Below, piece by piece: positions 1 to 15,058 of a DNA stretch of 64,000 bases; position 1 is the stretch's first letter, and each line of letters starts with the position of its first letter. The stretch comes from Trichinella spiralis (Eukaryota), in the NCBI RefSeq assembly GCF_000181795.1, contig NW_003526940.1, positions 2,189,854 through 2,253,853 of the forward strand, read 5' to 3'. A program made the position numbers and the translations under genes. Below the pieces are notes generated by a model, which did not search any database, was not told the DNA's origin, and worked only from the letters and a program-made list of their open reading frames with translations.

Positions 1-1047
1 TTCAAATTTTCATATTTTGTATTTAAAATTTTTAATTATTTTTTTCTTAATTTTAAATGTTTTAAAATTCTGTTGATTGCTGAAGTTAATCAACATTTTA
101 TGTAATATTTAATTATCATATTCATTCTAAGTTGTTATTTGAGTAACGTTACATGGAAAATTTAATTAACGTTAATATGCCAATAAAAGCAGTGTATATT
201 GGATAATCATTCCAAGCATTGGGATCAGAGAATTCGCTTCTTTTAAAGTGCCGCAGATTTTAGCTTTTAAACAAAAATATGAATAAATCAGCTAATTGCA
301 TCTAGACTTTCTTTATCTTGCACATTGTCTAACACTAAAGTCACATTTGTATGCATTGCTTTTCTAAAGTTGGAGAGAACAGCTTTTGTTCAAGTAGACA
401 AGAAGTAAGTAAACACACCAACTGATTAATATTGACACAACAATGCTTCAGAAATAAACATTGAAACTGTGCACAAATCAGTCGTATGCAATGTGAAAAC
501 GTAGCTTCATTTAGAGAACATTTGATTAATATAACTTACAAATTTAGATTTCATTTTTCTGGAACAATTATTTTGTAATTCAAAAAAATAATCAAATTTT
601 TTAATTGAAATAATTTTATTTAAGGCTATTTTTGAATAAAAATAAGAACATATTAATTATTTATATCATTGGTTTCAGTAGTGCTTTATCCATCAATTAG
701 TGGTATAGTATATAGTTTAGTAGGCTATAGGCATGCCATGTTGTTATAAAAGTAATTCTAGGGTTTGTCAGATTTATTTTTGGAGTACATAATTTCACAC
801 GCGGTTTTGACTAAATTAAATTGGATTTGAAATGGAGTTTGCTGTTGTTTGTTTTATGAGTTTGTTAGGAAGAGACGTGCCATTGGGTTTTTCTGGTCGA
901 CTAATTTTGATTATCTTATTGCGCTCTTTTATTGACCATGTAAATTTTAAATCTTATTTTGTCATAATCACATTTTATTATCAAAACTTGTTAACTTTCT
1001 TTGATTTGCTTTGCTCAATACTGTTTATTTTTTGTTCATTTTTTGAG

Positions 1048-4000
1048 ACTCCCAGCTCAACAATCAGAACTGCACCTTCTTATTATATCTTTCATCCTCC
1101 ATTAACGAAACCTGACGAGGGCGGAAAATTGACTGAAAGACCCAGCTTGTTAGAAATGGAAACGAATTATTTGTTAAGACAGCAGCAAAAATCCCGTTCA
1201 TCTATGAGGCGTCGATCGCTCAGCCTTGAAGATGACAAATCACCAGAATTCAGAGGACAGACTTACATTGAAATTCCACATATCCGTAATTCTATTCTTT
1301 TTGAAAATTTTATCATTTCAAATTTTCTCATTACGTTCTCAATTGTACTTTTAGAAGTGATGGAAGACACTGTTCCAATACTCACTGCCAGAGCAGCCGA
1401 TACTTGGACCCCTGCGATGAAATACATCCAACCAGTTTATAATTCTAAATCTTTGCCAAGACAACGGTATAAATATAATAATATTGATCAATAGTAATGA
1501 ATTTTATTAAACTCTTTTTTTTGTTTTAGACATGTTACAAATAGCAGAGCTGCAAGTGAACCTGATCTGAGAATAGATCATCGCGGTGCTTCATTCTCCT
1601 GGAGAAATCGACCTAGAGCTAGGCGATGTTTAGTTGCCATGTACGACTACAACCCTAAGCATATGTCACCGAATTATAATGCTGTTCGAGATGAGCTGTC
1701 TTTTCAACGAGGACAACTTATAAGGGTAGGGATGGAATTTTCATGCAGTGGGATATTTAATTTACAGTAACTACAATCAGAAGTGCAGGAACAAAAAGAT
1801 ATTTTAAGGTTTTAGAAGTAAACGATAAATAATATATAAGTTTCAAGGTATTTGTAATTATAATCATAATTAATTATATAAGTTGAATATTTATTTAATG
1901 TTCACATCTGACCTTCCAGTTTTGTATTGTTTAGCTTCTGGAAGATCCAGATCCAGATGGATTCTACTTGGGGCAAATTAATGGACGCATTGGTTTAGTG
2001 CCAAGCAATCTTGTGGTTGAAGTGAAAAATGAGTTACGTTACCTTCCAGCAATTCCTGCTGAAGATCCGTATGTTATGCCATTTGGTGGCAACGGTGCCT
2101 GGAATCATTTGCCCACGTTGCCATTCATGGATCCTTATACGCTGCAAAGGATGAAAGAGAACAGCGCATATGGACGTTTCAGGCGTCGTTATGCTACATC
2201 AGCAGATTACGAACAATGGGCACATAGCAGTGATCCAACTTTAAGCCGATATGTGGATTATGAAACATCCAGCGGCACCCCTGATGAAAGATATTCTAAA
2301 GTAGTCAGTTTGTTATCTATCTATCTGTGCACTTGATTTTATTCATATTTTAAGAATCATCAACGAAATCGTCGAATGAAATTCAAACAGAAATCTTACA
2401 GTCTGGATCAACCTCAGGTAGATAACATCCTTGAAAGAGAACAGTCACCAGTTTATTGTGCCGGACCAGGTAGCTTTAATCTTGAAACCGAGTTAAAAAC
2501 ATTAAAAAATTTTTATGATTACTTAGATGATGAAGGTCCAGTAGGCCAGGAGTATCATGGCCGAAGAACTGTGTTGCCACACATGAGCGGCAACCACGTT
2601 TCCCCTTCTCGGCATCAGCAAACTGGAAAATCACATGGTCGAAAATCCAAACGTGATATAAATGGTGAACCGTCAGAATATTACCCAGGAAATTCTTTCG
2701 TCAATCAACATGAAAACTATTATCAAACTCATTGGCACACTTCTCCTCGCTATGATTCACCTAGACGTTCTTTGGATAGGCGGTATGAAGAATTTTTTTC
2801 GATAAATTCTCGTGTAAAAGCAATAGAAAATTATACCATTCAACTAAATGGAATGTCATGTGATGAAAAGCAGATTTTAGGAAGGAACAATAAAAAATTT
2901 TAAAGTATATTTATTTATGCACGATGAAAAGTAGTTTCAAATTTAGAAATATTTGTTGTCCATAAAACGGAATGAAATGTGAACATTACTTTTCTTTGAA
3001 ATTATATTATGATGATTTAATTTCAGTTCTGCTGGAAATACTATTGGTTATCGTTCTTCAAATTATAACGGAGGGCGATATATTGACGGAGGAAAAGGAT
3101 CTCCGGATGGACGAGAAGAACCTCCCACTGCGTACAGGCAAAGACAACTTCATTCGACAAATATATCTGATTCAGAGGTTAGAGCACGACGAAATGAGTC
3201 AGGTAACCAAATGAAAATCGATTTTCAAACGAGTTTGAAAGAAACTATTAAAAACAATGCTTATGTTTCTACTTTTAATAAAAATGTAAAAGTGCAATTG
3301 TAATTGTGCACACGTCAATTAATTTGCAAAATAATTTAATATTTGTTTGTTGTTTATCTGATTATGAAACAGTTGTATTAAAAGAAAGAATTTTTATTTA
3401 GTTAATATTTACATTTTTATATCACTTATTTTTATTCTGCGCTGAATCGTGTGTTATTAATACTTTCAAATAGAATTGCAGCTTAAAGCTAAGCCTTAGA
3501 AATTTCCCTTTTTGTTTAGACATGAAATAATGATTTAATTGAATTGCAACAATATTTCGTTCAATATAATTCTTTAGGATCTAACAATTACAATAACCAA
3601 TTGATAAGTATAATTCGAGAAGCTGTTCGCACTGGACCAGCTACAAGCGTTGTGGCTAAATTTGACTATGACCCACGCATACTATCACCGAATATGGATG
3701 CTGAACATGAAGAGCTTCGTTTTCTCTCCGGTGATGTCATTACTGTATTTGGTGATATGGACGAGGATGGGTTTTATGTTGGTGAGTTAAACGGCCGATA
3801 CGGTTTAGTACCGTCAAATTTTCTTGAATTGCCAAACTGTAATGGTCCAGTTGATGCATCGAATCAAATGGTAAGCTAATTGATAAATTATAATGGAATA
3901 TCATCATTTGATAATTTTAAAGAAAGTAGACTTGATTTATTATATCTGTTACTGTATGGTATGCAATATCAATAATATTACTGTAATTGCATTATTTGCA

Positions 4001-5404
4001 TATTTGTAAGATTGTTAAAATATAAAATAAGCTAAATGACGTTTATATAAAATGATAATTGTGTTTATTTGTAGAACTGATTTATTAAATAAGTTATTTT
4101 AATACAGTAAATTAATTGTTTCAAAATGTTTATTTAATTTTCACTTAGGATGAATTAAATATTGTTAATTTGCAGTTTATGTGTAGAACGGTTAGTAATT
4201 TATAAAAGTGATATTTTTGGAAATATTCACCAACGGTTTAAAAAGACAGTGAAATTTTGAAGCTAGTTTCTTTGATCGAATTGTCAATCACTGACAGCAT
4301 TTCATCTGAAAATGTAGGTACTGCATATAGGCCACAGACTAGAGAAAATTCTTTGATGGAGAACAAAATTTCTTATTTGTCATCACGCTCCATTTCAATT
4401 AATGAAAATTTATTTTGATCATTACTTAATTCTTTTCCACTTGTAATTTCTATGTATTTAGTCAGAAAGCTAGTAATAGAGTCTGAATTGTTAATTTTTT
4501 GTTCGAATTTTATAAATGTATGTTTTTGAAGAATTATTGAAAACCAGCAGCAACTTTAATACAATAATACCATTCAGCTGTTTGCTTAAAGCGAATATAA
4601 AACTTTTAAATGAATTATGAATTTCAAGTTTTTTTCAAATAATCAGTATAATCGTTTGTTTATCAATTTTTAAAGTGTCATGTTGTCATATTTTTGCAAT
4701 AAATACAACGCATTTTACAGATTTGATATTTACTGCTGACTGTTTCAGTAATTACACTGCATATAATAAATGCATCATGGAAATAATTAAATGATTTGAA
4801 ATTTATTTTTAGTTCCAACAAAACAATTTGCATATTTTTCTTCTTTTTCAAATAATGATTTATGTATATTATTTATTATACATGACATTGTTTATAATGA
4901 TATTTTTCCGCACAGGTTTAGATGAAATAGAGTGGTAAATTAAAAAATTTTGTTGTTAAAAATTTTTAAATATATTTTAAGAAAGAAGAAAATGCAAGAG
5001 CTGTGACTCGCAAAGAAGCGACTAATTATACAAGTGCCGCATCTGTTCCGGTAAATTCCGGTGAAAAGAGCAAGCCCAGTTCAACGGTGAATATTCAAGC
5101 GACCAGCAGCAGCTCAAAGTTGACCACAATCGGTGGAAGTTCGCAACAAAATGCTCAGCAAAATAATTCATCCAACACTGTTGTCGGCCAAAGGGGAAAT
5201 GACGTGTCCAAGACAAGTTGTGCATCAGTTGGAAAAGCAGACGGTCGCCGGAGTTCAGTAGTTCCGAGAAAAGGGGCCCAAAATGGACAACGTGCTGCTG
5301 GTACGACTAAGCAAGTGCCTAGCAAACATCCGGTAAAATCTGCCTCATCCAAAGAGGATTCCGGAGCGGGATTTAGCAAAATGTGGAAAAAGATTGTCGA
5401 ATGA
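1048..5404 (+). CDS. RIMBP2: RIMS-binding protein (RIM-BP), 3' part with the two C-terminal SH3 domains; 5' exons lie upstream of the window
   Basis: Exons approx. 1048-1286, 1354-1467, 1530-1725, 1935-2300, 2355-2781, 3026-3202, 3579-3870, 4982-5404. SH3 domains LVAMYDYNPKHMSPNYNAVRDELSFQRGQLIR|LLEDPDPDGFYLGQINGRIGLVPSNLV and VVAKFDYDPRILSPNMDAEHEELRFLSGDVITVFGDMDEDGFYVGELNGRYGLVPSNFL both carry the SPN insertion typical of RIM-BP. Middle exon boundaries are less certain. Confidence 0.88.
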
Positions 5405-5781
5405 TTTTTTTCCAATCAACTGAACAAACAGCATTGAACGGCAATGCAACAAACAGTTTGTTTTCAAGTTTAAACAGAAATAAATGCTCACAAAAAGCTG
5501 CATTACCCGGTCGCTAAATGGCAATTCGAAAGAAGTCGAGTGAAAAGAGAATTTTGACTGCAATTTGTTTATTCAACACCTGGTCAGTTACTTGAAAAGT
5601 AAAAAGTCAGTTAAATTTTTAATATTGTTGTTGAATTGTCGTTCTTGTTTGAAATAAATAAATGCCTTCTTATTTTAAAAGAATGTTAGTAAAATCTATG
5701 TTGGAAATGATAAACTAGGATGATGAGCTTTCTTCAAAAAGGACATACATCTAAAGTTGACTAAAGTTAATTCTGGAAAAT

Positions 5782-7495
5782 TTAATAGCCAGGCGCCAGT
5801 CGAGCAGGTGGACAATGATTACATGCACCAGCGTCTCCAAATGGACCGGGATCACCGGGTGCACCGGGCATACCGCTCATGCCAGTTGCTCCTTGCATAC
5901 CCATCTCACCAGGGAGACCAGGAGGACCAGGCAGACCGTCTTTGCCATCTTTGCCAGCTTCTCCAGGAGCACCTGGTCGTCCAGGTACACCTGGTGGGCC
6001 GGGCGGACCGGGTGGTCCAACTTTCTGTATCATTTTACCAGGAGGACCAGGCGGTCCTTTCGGACCTTGCATACCAGGTATGCCAGGAGCGCCGTCGAGA
6101 CCTCGAGGACCTTGGTCGCCGTCTTTACCGTCTTTTCCTGGCAGTCCAGGATCACCCGGTGGACCGTCGACGCCTTTTGCTCCCGGCGGACCAGGATCGC
6201 CAGGCGGGGCTTCACATGGACACTGTTCGGGGAATTTGGGCAAAAGATGTGGCGAGGGAGGAGCCGGTGGGCCGCGTTCACCAGGTTCACCCGGGAGACC
6301 AGTGATACCATCTATACCAGGCGTGCCAGGAGGTCCTGGTGGTCCGGGCAAACCACGATTACAGGTGCAGCCTAATGTAATAATAACAGACAATTTATGA
6401 TTGTGAATTTTCTTGGAAACGGATGAACAAAATGAAACTGTCACTCACATCCGCCTTTGTAACCGGCTTGACGTTTCGCACTGCTGTTGCTCGATCTCAC
6501 CTCGTCCTTCAGCACACGCTTCATCCAAAACTCGAAATTGCTCTTCTGCGAATTTGCAGCTCGACGCAAACGTACGTTGGCCAAGAAATCAGCCAATCGA
6601 TCCGATGCATCACCAGATGGTCCATCAGGTGAGATGCTCATCATTCTTCTCCACATTAAACGTGTTCGAGTCTGAATAAAAAAACATCTTTATCGTATTT
6701 ATTGTTTTATTGAATAAAAAATGAAAAAAAATTTAATAAATTATATCCAAATGTCAAAAGAACTACAAAAGAGATGGATATTTAGCAATTTAATCAATCA
6801 TACGTTTTTTCATTTTACTTAAATTTACAGTAGTAATAATAAGCGAAACCAACTAAGAGTAAGGAACTGTTGCTTTTTGCACAATCATTAAAAAATTGAA
6901 AGTTTGTTTTTCTAATAAATAAAACAGTTAAACAAAATATAGCTACAAACATAAAATAAAATAAAGCTACTTCATTTGTCTGCAAAATGTAAAAATAAAC
7001 GCTTCTTCCAAAAAGTTGATTTTGTTAAAGAATTGATTTTTTTAAACTGAAACAAACGTTAATTAATGATGAAATTGATTTTGAAATAAAAACTTTCTAT
7101 TCGCCTTACTCTCTAATTCACCCTAATGATAATTCAGAACCACTATTCAAAAGTAGAATGCCTTGAAAATTTATTTCTACAGAAATACAAAAAAGAAATA
7201 CGCCAAATATTATGATGAAAACACATACAAAGAGAGAGAGAAATTTAGAAATGAAATTTGCATAATGCACTAATTAAGCTTGAAAATTGTAAAATGTAAA
7301 ATAAAAAAAAAGTTGTAATAAACTTACTGTGCAGAAGTTAAGATCACTTTGTGCTGAAGCTTCCAACGTTTGGACGTAGTGAAAAGCTAACGGGAAACTG
7401 AGCAAACAAGCAGTGATTGCCAAAGTGCTGAAGACGATCGCGGCAAAGGCGATCGCCTTGGACGAGGACTGCTGTTGCATTTGTCCTACGCCCAT
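5782..7495 (-). CDS. Nematode cuticle collagen
   Basis: Exons 7495-7328, 6671-6449 and 6371-5782 join in frame at GT-AG sites. N-terminal hydrophobic cuticle-collagen domain ([27 protein letters not shown]), RLRR/AKRQ processing sites, GGCCTC, Gly-X-Y repeats interrupted by QCPC, and C-terminal [13 protein letters not shown]. Confidence 0.96.
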
Positions 7496-9120
7496 GGTTC
7501 TCCGACCTCGATGAATGTTAGCTTCAGTAGCTTAAAGTAAAAAAATTTGTTCCTATCTTTTGTGTGCAAATTTCTGCTGCCTGTCACCTGGTCACTCTCT
7601 CACTCTCTGTACTTTCCAAAGCAACTGATAACGGTTGCACAGAATTTCACCAACACTATCCAGACAATATATACGACAAGTGACAAGCTTACCGGTTGGC
7701 CCAATTGCGCGCCCCAGTGGCTACATGAGATAAAATTGCCAACAAGGGGAGACTGGTTGCTTGGAAACCGGCAAGATTCAACGCTAGATCAGTTTCTACA
7801 AAAAGAACATTTTTCAAATTATTCCCGTTGGGCTGAACGGCCGTCAGCCGGCACCAGCTCAATGATGCTAAAATTATTAACAGACCCACTAGCCCAGATG
7901 AATTTGACTTGCTGTTCACTTTTGTTCACTACTTTTATTATTATTATTCCCATTACACCCCTAGACGTTAAACCAACCAACCAACCAACCACACTTGTGT
8001 AAAACTTTTCCTTTCTCGTCATTTCATTTCATTTATCACGTAAAATTAATTGAAATTTTAATAATAATAATAATAATTTTGTTTGGTAATTAAATAAATA
8101 TCTTGCATTGCTAATTCTTATAATTACAATAAATACTGAACGCATTGTTTTATTGGAAAAAAAGTTTATTTTTGCATTGTGCAAAATTTAATTCATTCAT
8201 TGAAGCTCAAGCTGACTTCGAATCACACCGAATAAATCGAGTAAAAGAAAAGAAAATGTTTCAAAGAAGCCAAAGCAACCTTGAAGCAGAACAAGAAAAA
8301 AAAGAATACCGAATTTACAAAAATAAAAAAAATTAGGTTGTCACTTGGAAATACTTACTGTTACCAGTTTGACTTTTTCACCTTCAAAACAAACAGAGCA
8401 TTGCTAGCAATTCCATTCGTCCTTGCTGATTTATCTGGCCTTCACACTTATTCGCATTCGATGCACTGTATGCTGTATCATTTTTTTTCTTTTTAATTTT
8501 TCACAATAAAACTTCGTGCTGTAACGGTACACAATTTCCAAAACAAAATATACTGGACAATTTGGTACGAGGGGAAAAAATTTTATTTTCACTAAATTCA
8601 AGAATACTTTTTATCCTCATTTCTTTTCATATTCACCGAATAAAAAATATATTCAACAAATTAAATAATGACAAAATTACAGTTCGACATCGCAAAAAAC
8701 ATCAACGTCAAAATACAAAAAGGCATGTGAAATATGTTACAATTGACCACATGTCTGTTCGAGTAATGGAGCAAAGCAAGCAAGCTTGGACTATGATGAA
8801 AAAAAATAGCTTCATCGTCGTCTTTCAAGCTAACTGCTGCTCCTCCTCTTCCACTTCTTCTCTTTCGTTTTCTTCGAATAACTAAAAATCAAAACGACAT
8901 CATTTATAAAGCAGAAAAAGTATCACTCTCGCCCATCTACAAAAACTGTTCATGCAATTTAAAACTCAATGCTAAATAAAAACACTCAATCGATCTTTCT
9001 ATACAAGTTTCAACCCGAATATCATAAGCTTTAAATTGCACTTGCTTGCACTGTCATGTTGTGTTAAATTTTAAAAAATATTAATTAAAAAAAACCATTT
9101 TTTTTTCAAAATTTCACCCA

Positions 9121-12100
9121 TCAACCTACATCGTCATCGTCGTCGTCATCATCTGGAGGATCGAGCGTTTTCAAAAGTGCTTTTGCCGATAAGTCGGACT
9201 TCGATCCAGCACTCAATGCCGCTGCCATTGCATCTTTATCTTCCACAGCCCAGGTCATATTCAACAGCTGATCTTTGAATAATTTTCCATCTGTGAAAGC
9301 CTGAAAAATGTTCTTTTTGAATGAAAATAAATTAAAAAAAACCATCATCATCATCATCACTGATTTTAAACATCAACAAAAATTAGTTTTATACGCAAAA
9401 ACAACGTACTGGAATTTTTCATAATTTTTACAATTGTAATAAAATTTATTAATGAAACGTACGCGTTCAGCTTCTTTTCGATCATAAAATGATGCGATCA
9501 CTTTTCCAACAGCCGGATCCGTCAAAGGGTAAAAGTCAATATCCCGCAAAGTTCCAAACTGCTGCAGATGTTCTATGAGAGCGTCTTTGTGTTCCATGCA
9601 GAAATCGGTTATCAAAATACTGCGAGAACGCAAATCCAAAACAGCTGACCGTGGAATACGCCGATTCCTTTCCGGTCGATATGCAGAATTACGACAGTGC
9701 TTGTTATTGCCTAATAATGTCAAACAAAATTGCATTTGATTTACACTGCCGCGTAAATTATAAATAACAAAAAAGAAAAAAAAAGTATATATATTTTTTG
9801 TTTGAATTATAATTTGATCAAATCATTACTTTCCGTATCGTTCAAATGTTGCATTTCTTTTCTGAGATTTTGCAAACGTACAGCTATTTCAGTAATATCT
9901 TCTCCAGCTTTCTTTTTCGTTATCAACTCCAATTCAGCATCCAGTACATCACGTTGAACCTAAGCAGCAAAAAAAGTACATCAATAAATAAATCGATCAT
10001 TTTTATTCTTTGAAATATTTTTCATAATTATTTTTGGGCCACATTTAATCGGCCAAACAAAAAATAATCATTAAAATCTTACTTCAGTTTTGCTTCTTTT
10101 CACAAATTTTGAAAAATCACGGCTTTCCAAATTTTTCTTCGTTGCCATAAGACTAATTTCCAATTTTTTCAACGTCTAAAGAAAAAAGAAGCCAATCACC
10201 ACTGCATGCATATACACGTTCAGCAGTTTAGCGTTTTGAAACAAACTTTTATAATAAGTTCTTTTGTGGTTTGGTCTTTGCAATCTTCTAATTTTTTGAG
10301 CAACAACTTTTCTTGCTCAAGTTGTCTGTTGAACAATTCGGTTTCAGCGCGTTGCAATTCTAGTCTTTTTTTCAAAATCCTCTGACAAAGAAATAATCAG
10401 AAATTTTAATATTACATACAATATATACTCCAAACAACAATCCATACTTTTGTGTTTTCTCCTTTCGATGCGGCAACATTGGCCACTGGGTTTTTTACCT
10501 CGGCATCAGCGTTGTGGACAAGTCGGACAGATTTCGTGGCAAATGCATCGCCATCCATCTGCAAATTCTCAAATTGACAAATCATTCATTTAATAATTTT
10601 TCTATTGAAAAAGAAAAATCCACTCGTACTTTATTCATCGTTGTCGAAACGGTATCACTGCCAGCATTGGCAGCAGTTGCATTTGTTTCGGCTTTAAAAA
10701 TTGCCTCTTCATGTGAAGAAGTTCCATTGCTCGAGCTTTTCACAGGCAATTCTAAACGATCTCTGATCGGTATCCGTGCAGGCCGACTCGACTGATCCGA
10801 CGTGCCAGTGTCATCAACTGCTGTTCCATCTTTTTGATTGTGCCAAAAAACGCGAATAAATCGATTGTTCAAAATTGGATCTGTAGATTTGTATGCAGCC
10901 AACGCCTGCGGTCGTGTCATATAGGTAATTAATGCCGCCTGAGGATCGCCTTCATAACAAACCTAAACAACATTCACCATTACTTTCATGCTGAATTATT
11001 CATTGGACACTACTGTTTTCTCGTACTTCGATATTTGTTATGTGCCCAAATTGAGAAAAATGTTCATTCAATTTTGTGATTGTATTCAATGGCTGTGGAA
11101 TGCGACGCACTTCCAAAGTGCGATTTTGACGATTAATTTGGTCGACAGCTGCGCGTTTGCGCAAATTTATCTGTCCCACAGATTTGTGCTGCGTACGTAT
11201 AGTCGATTGTGAAAAATTGTCAAAATTTGTACGATCTTCACTCAACGTGATCAACTGCCTCGCCCTGGGAAAGCTAACCCGCAGCTGAGCGTAACTTGCT
11301 ATTTGCCTAGGACCAAACGGACGTAATACTGGCGGCGGCTGCGCCCATATTGGCGGAGGTGGCTGCGTATACGGTGGAGGTAATGGAACAGCAGTACCCG
11401 TAGACGCTGAAGTCAGCGATGGTGCTTCAGGATTGTATCCTTCTGTCTGAAAGTTCGAATCGACTCCGGGAGGTGGAGGTGGAATGGGAACATATCCTGG
11501 TGGTGGAACGGAAAAATTCGGAGGCGGCGTTGGCAAAGATTTATTCGATCGACCTGTACCATCTTTCACTATGGAATATAACACGTCAATGGAAAAGATT
11601 TTTTTTAAAAAAAGCAACTTTCCACTTACTTGGAATCATACTAGAAAGAGCAACGTCTTCTACTACAACAGGATCGGGACCATGATCATATACACAGTTG
11701 TCACCCAACATACAATATCCCTTTTCTGAAGACACAACAAATTAAAACTTCAAATTACCACAAACAATAATGCAAATAATATAGAAAAAATACCATCGTA
11801 ATCTCGACATCGCGCTTTTTTACGCTTTTCTTTCTCGGAACGAATACTCTGAACTGAATCATTTTCTGCATTTCCAACAGCTTCATTTGAATCTAAAAGT
11901 TGATCTCTGCTCTCAGTAAGCAATATTAATAAAATATTCAACATAAAAACTAATTTAAAAAATAATAATTATCAAAACAAAATACATTCAACGATCAACG
12001 ATCAAAATACACTGCTCTATCATAATTTCCTTAAGAATAATAATAATAACTTTCATTATAAATAAATTTTGTAAAATTTTCATAACAATTTCAAATACTG

Positions 12101-13594
12101 CACAACTACTTCATTTTTCATAATGAACCATTAATATCACCTTTATGTGTGGATTTCCTCTGCTCTTTATTGTTCGATGGAGACCAATGAGCTTTGACCC
12201 GATCGCGCACTGTTGATGAAGATGCTTTATTTTGACTAATAGAAGTAGCGTCACCTTTTCCTTTGCTCCGTTCACTACTTTTCGATCGCGCTTTCGGACT
12301 AGAGCCATACCGACGAACAGGTCTTGATCCACTGTGTGAATCTACTCTTCTGAAGATTTAATAAAATACAAATTCAAAAACTGCTATATGCTATTTTGTA
12401 AACTTGCTTATCACGTCGAATTTTTAAATGATAACAACTCGCAATTGTGAAGTTAACCTTTACAAATTATTGAAACAAATGCCAAATGTAAATATAAACA
12501 TGCAATGCAAATAACTACAGAATTTCAATGTTTAATGACAAAAGAACTAAAAGTCGATTATTTTACCGTGATTTCAAATGCTCATCGGCAGAGGGCTTCT
12601 CATTTCTGGAAGGTTCTAGACTTCGCTTTTTGGGAACTTCTTTGGTAGAAGTGGACTGACTTTCCTTGTCGGTCACAATATAAACTTTGCTTTTCAAGGC
12701 AAGAAAAAGTTCGTCAACAAATTTCTTTGTCTCTACAATTCAATACAACGCGTTTGAAATTTTCACCTTATCTCAATATTACTGTAATTGGAAAACATAA
12801 TGCACTATTAAATTATACACAAAATATTTATTTACATAAAATTAGCAATATTTCGAAAAAAAATACTCATCAACAAAAAACAAGATAAGATCCAAACGAC
12901 TTTTTCTATTACCTTTTTGCAAGAAAACATCTAGCTGATCTAAGCAAAAATGTTTTAAATCAGCTTCTGCTTTATCCTTTTTCAGTAGTGCCATGACATA
13001 TTTCGCCAACGCCGCTGGATCTGCATCGCATCTAGAACATAAAAATTCAATTACTACCAAATGTTTGGTATATAATTTAAGATGCTGAAAAATAATTAAC
13101 CAAATTAAAAAGTTAACTTTGCACAAGCAGTTTACGTTAAAATTTTTTCCTCATTACAGACTTTGGAATCTGAAAATTTTAAACATAATCGAATATTTCG
13201 AGCTTCTTCGAATAAAATTAACGATCAAAAAATTATTAAATGCTTTCCTCTTGCAGTTTGACAATGTTTGACACATAAATAAAAACAAAAATACATTTAT
13301 CAAACAAAAGTCAAACTATGCCTAATGAACAATGGACATAAGGCAGTAAAAAACTCAAACCAATAAAAATTATAAAGCAACTTAAAATATATTTAACATT
13401 GTTTAAAAGGAACTTCTATCTCAGTTTATTCTTTAAATAAAAAGATTCCAACTAGTGATCTCTATCACTTTATGGAAAAGTAAAATTTTAATTACGAAAT
13501 ATACACAGAAAAAAGCAATTGAAATATATACATACAGTGGCGACAATGTATTGATGAGCCAGTTTTTAAGTTGCTCTGGCTGATCCACAAACAT
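9121..13594 (-). CDS. RBM26: RNA-binding protein 26/27 (PWI, CCCH zinc finger, RRMs, coiled coil)
   Basis: Start MFVDQPEQLKNWLINTLSPL|CDADPAALAKYVMALLKKDK...LDVFLQK (PWI). Zinc finger RCRDYD|EKGYCMLGDNCVYDHGPDPVVVED, Pro-rich YNPEAPS, RRM TLEVRRIPQPLNTITKLNEHFSQFGHITNI...AYKSTDPILNNRFIRVFWH, a second RRM-like exon at 9463-9710 and an acidic tail ending at 9121. Confidence 0.93.
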
Positions 13595-15058
13595 CTTCGC
13601 AATTCTAAAAACGGCAATAAGCAATATTTACCAAATTACATGCAATACTAAAACAAAAATAAAGTTGGAAAACATCAAAATTACAGTAATAAATACAGTA
13701 TGGAACTTCAAGTATAATTAGAAACCAAAATTTGGTATTATTTTCCAAGAATTCTAATTAGATAAACCTTTATAATGTTATTTATTTAAAATTTATAAAA
13801 ATATATAAATTAATATGTACTCAATTCATAGTTCTTAAACATAGTGTATATAGGTCACGCGGTTTAATTTAAATAAACAAGAAGTATTTTACTTATAATT
13901 GAAATTAAAATGTTAAATATAACAATGATATTTTAATAAGTAATAGAGCATTAATTTGAGAAAATAGAATTAAAAACGTAAGTATTTATTTAAATAATTC
14001 ATTTACAACTTGAATTAGGTCATTTTTAATAATTTGAGTTGCAATGGTTTTTGTCTAATTTTCAGAACTTTATTGATAGAGCAATAAGATTATTTAAATA
14101 TCGACCAATACATGAGTGTCATAAATTTAAATGCACTGTAGGATTTGTTTATTTTAAGTTTAGCCGTTAAGAATTTTATCAGTGAAAAGATAAATATTTT
14201 CTGCAGTGTAAACATAAAAAACAAGTGTTTTTTAAATCTGCTATAACATTTTAAACGATAAAGTTGCCTAAAAAATTACTTGCATGTTGACACTTAATTA
14301 ATATTTGATGTTGAAGTACAAATTGAAACAAGCAAAATATGAAGTGAAGAACTTTATGGTAAAAACGAAAATTACGTTCATAAAATATTATTTAATTTTA
14401 TTATTTATTCATTTGAATATTAAGATTTATTTTTATTCAATTACGATTTGCGTGACAACATGGAATACAAATAATGTAATATACAGTATACCCAGCTTCA
14501 CGAAGCTTTGGGGAACTTTCAAAAAGGGGACTGCTTTAATATTTTGAAAACGTAAATTTTAATGGAATATTTTTACAAACAAAAGTTACGCCGTTTCTTG
14601 TCATTTGTAGTTTGCATAATTACTGATTAGATGAATGGAAATTTTTTTTAATGAATAAACATCAAACAAGGATACTCTTCTTTTTATTGTTCCTTTTGCT
14701 TGCAGCGTCACATTCGCTGTCCATCTTGCAGTTTGCAGTGTCTGGTAGCGCTGCATGATTCAGTTCCCTTTAATTTTTTGATTCAAAGTTTGTGAAATGT
14801 CTATTCGGAAAATTATTTATTCAAATTTTGCAAATGATGTAAAAACAGACCCACATCATTAAATTCCATTGAAACGATGTTCAAATATCATTACAGTAAA
14901 TATTTGTAAAAAAAATACATCATCTTCGATTTGCTTAAAAATAGCTTTGTTCGAAGTAGGATAATTTAATCTTATTAATTTTTTCCACAAAGTCGGCAAT
15001 CTTTATTTTGCTACACAAAACAACATTAGAGAATGCAGCGGAAAAGAAGCTGAATAAT

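Noticed and set aside
5757..6400. Three long plus-strand ORFs over the collagen
   Set aside because: Antisense shadows of GC-rich Gly-X-Y codons.
7547..8022. 151-aa ORF and overlapping ORFs upstream of the collagen
   Set aside because: No recognisable motifs and non-ATG or weak starts. More simply explained as the collagen promoter region.
13861..13869. GGTTTAATT matching the start of nematode SL1
   Set aside because: Only 9 nt match, with no ACCCAAGTTTGAG, donor or Sm site. Expected by chance in AT-rich DNA.
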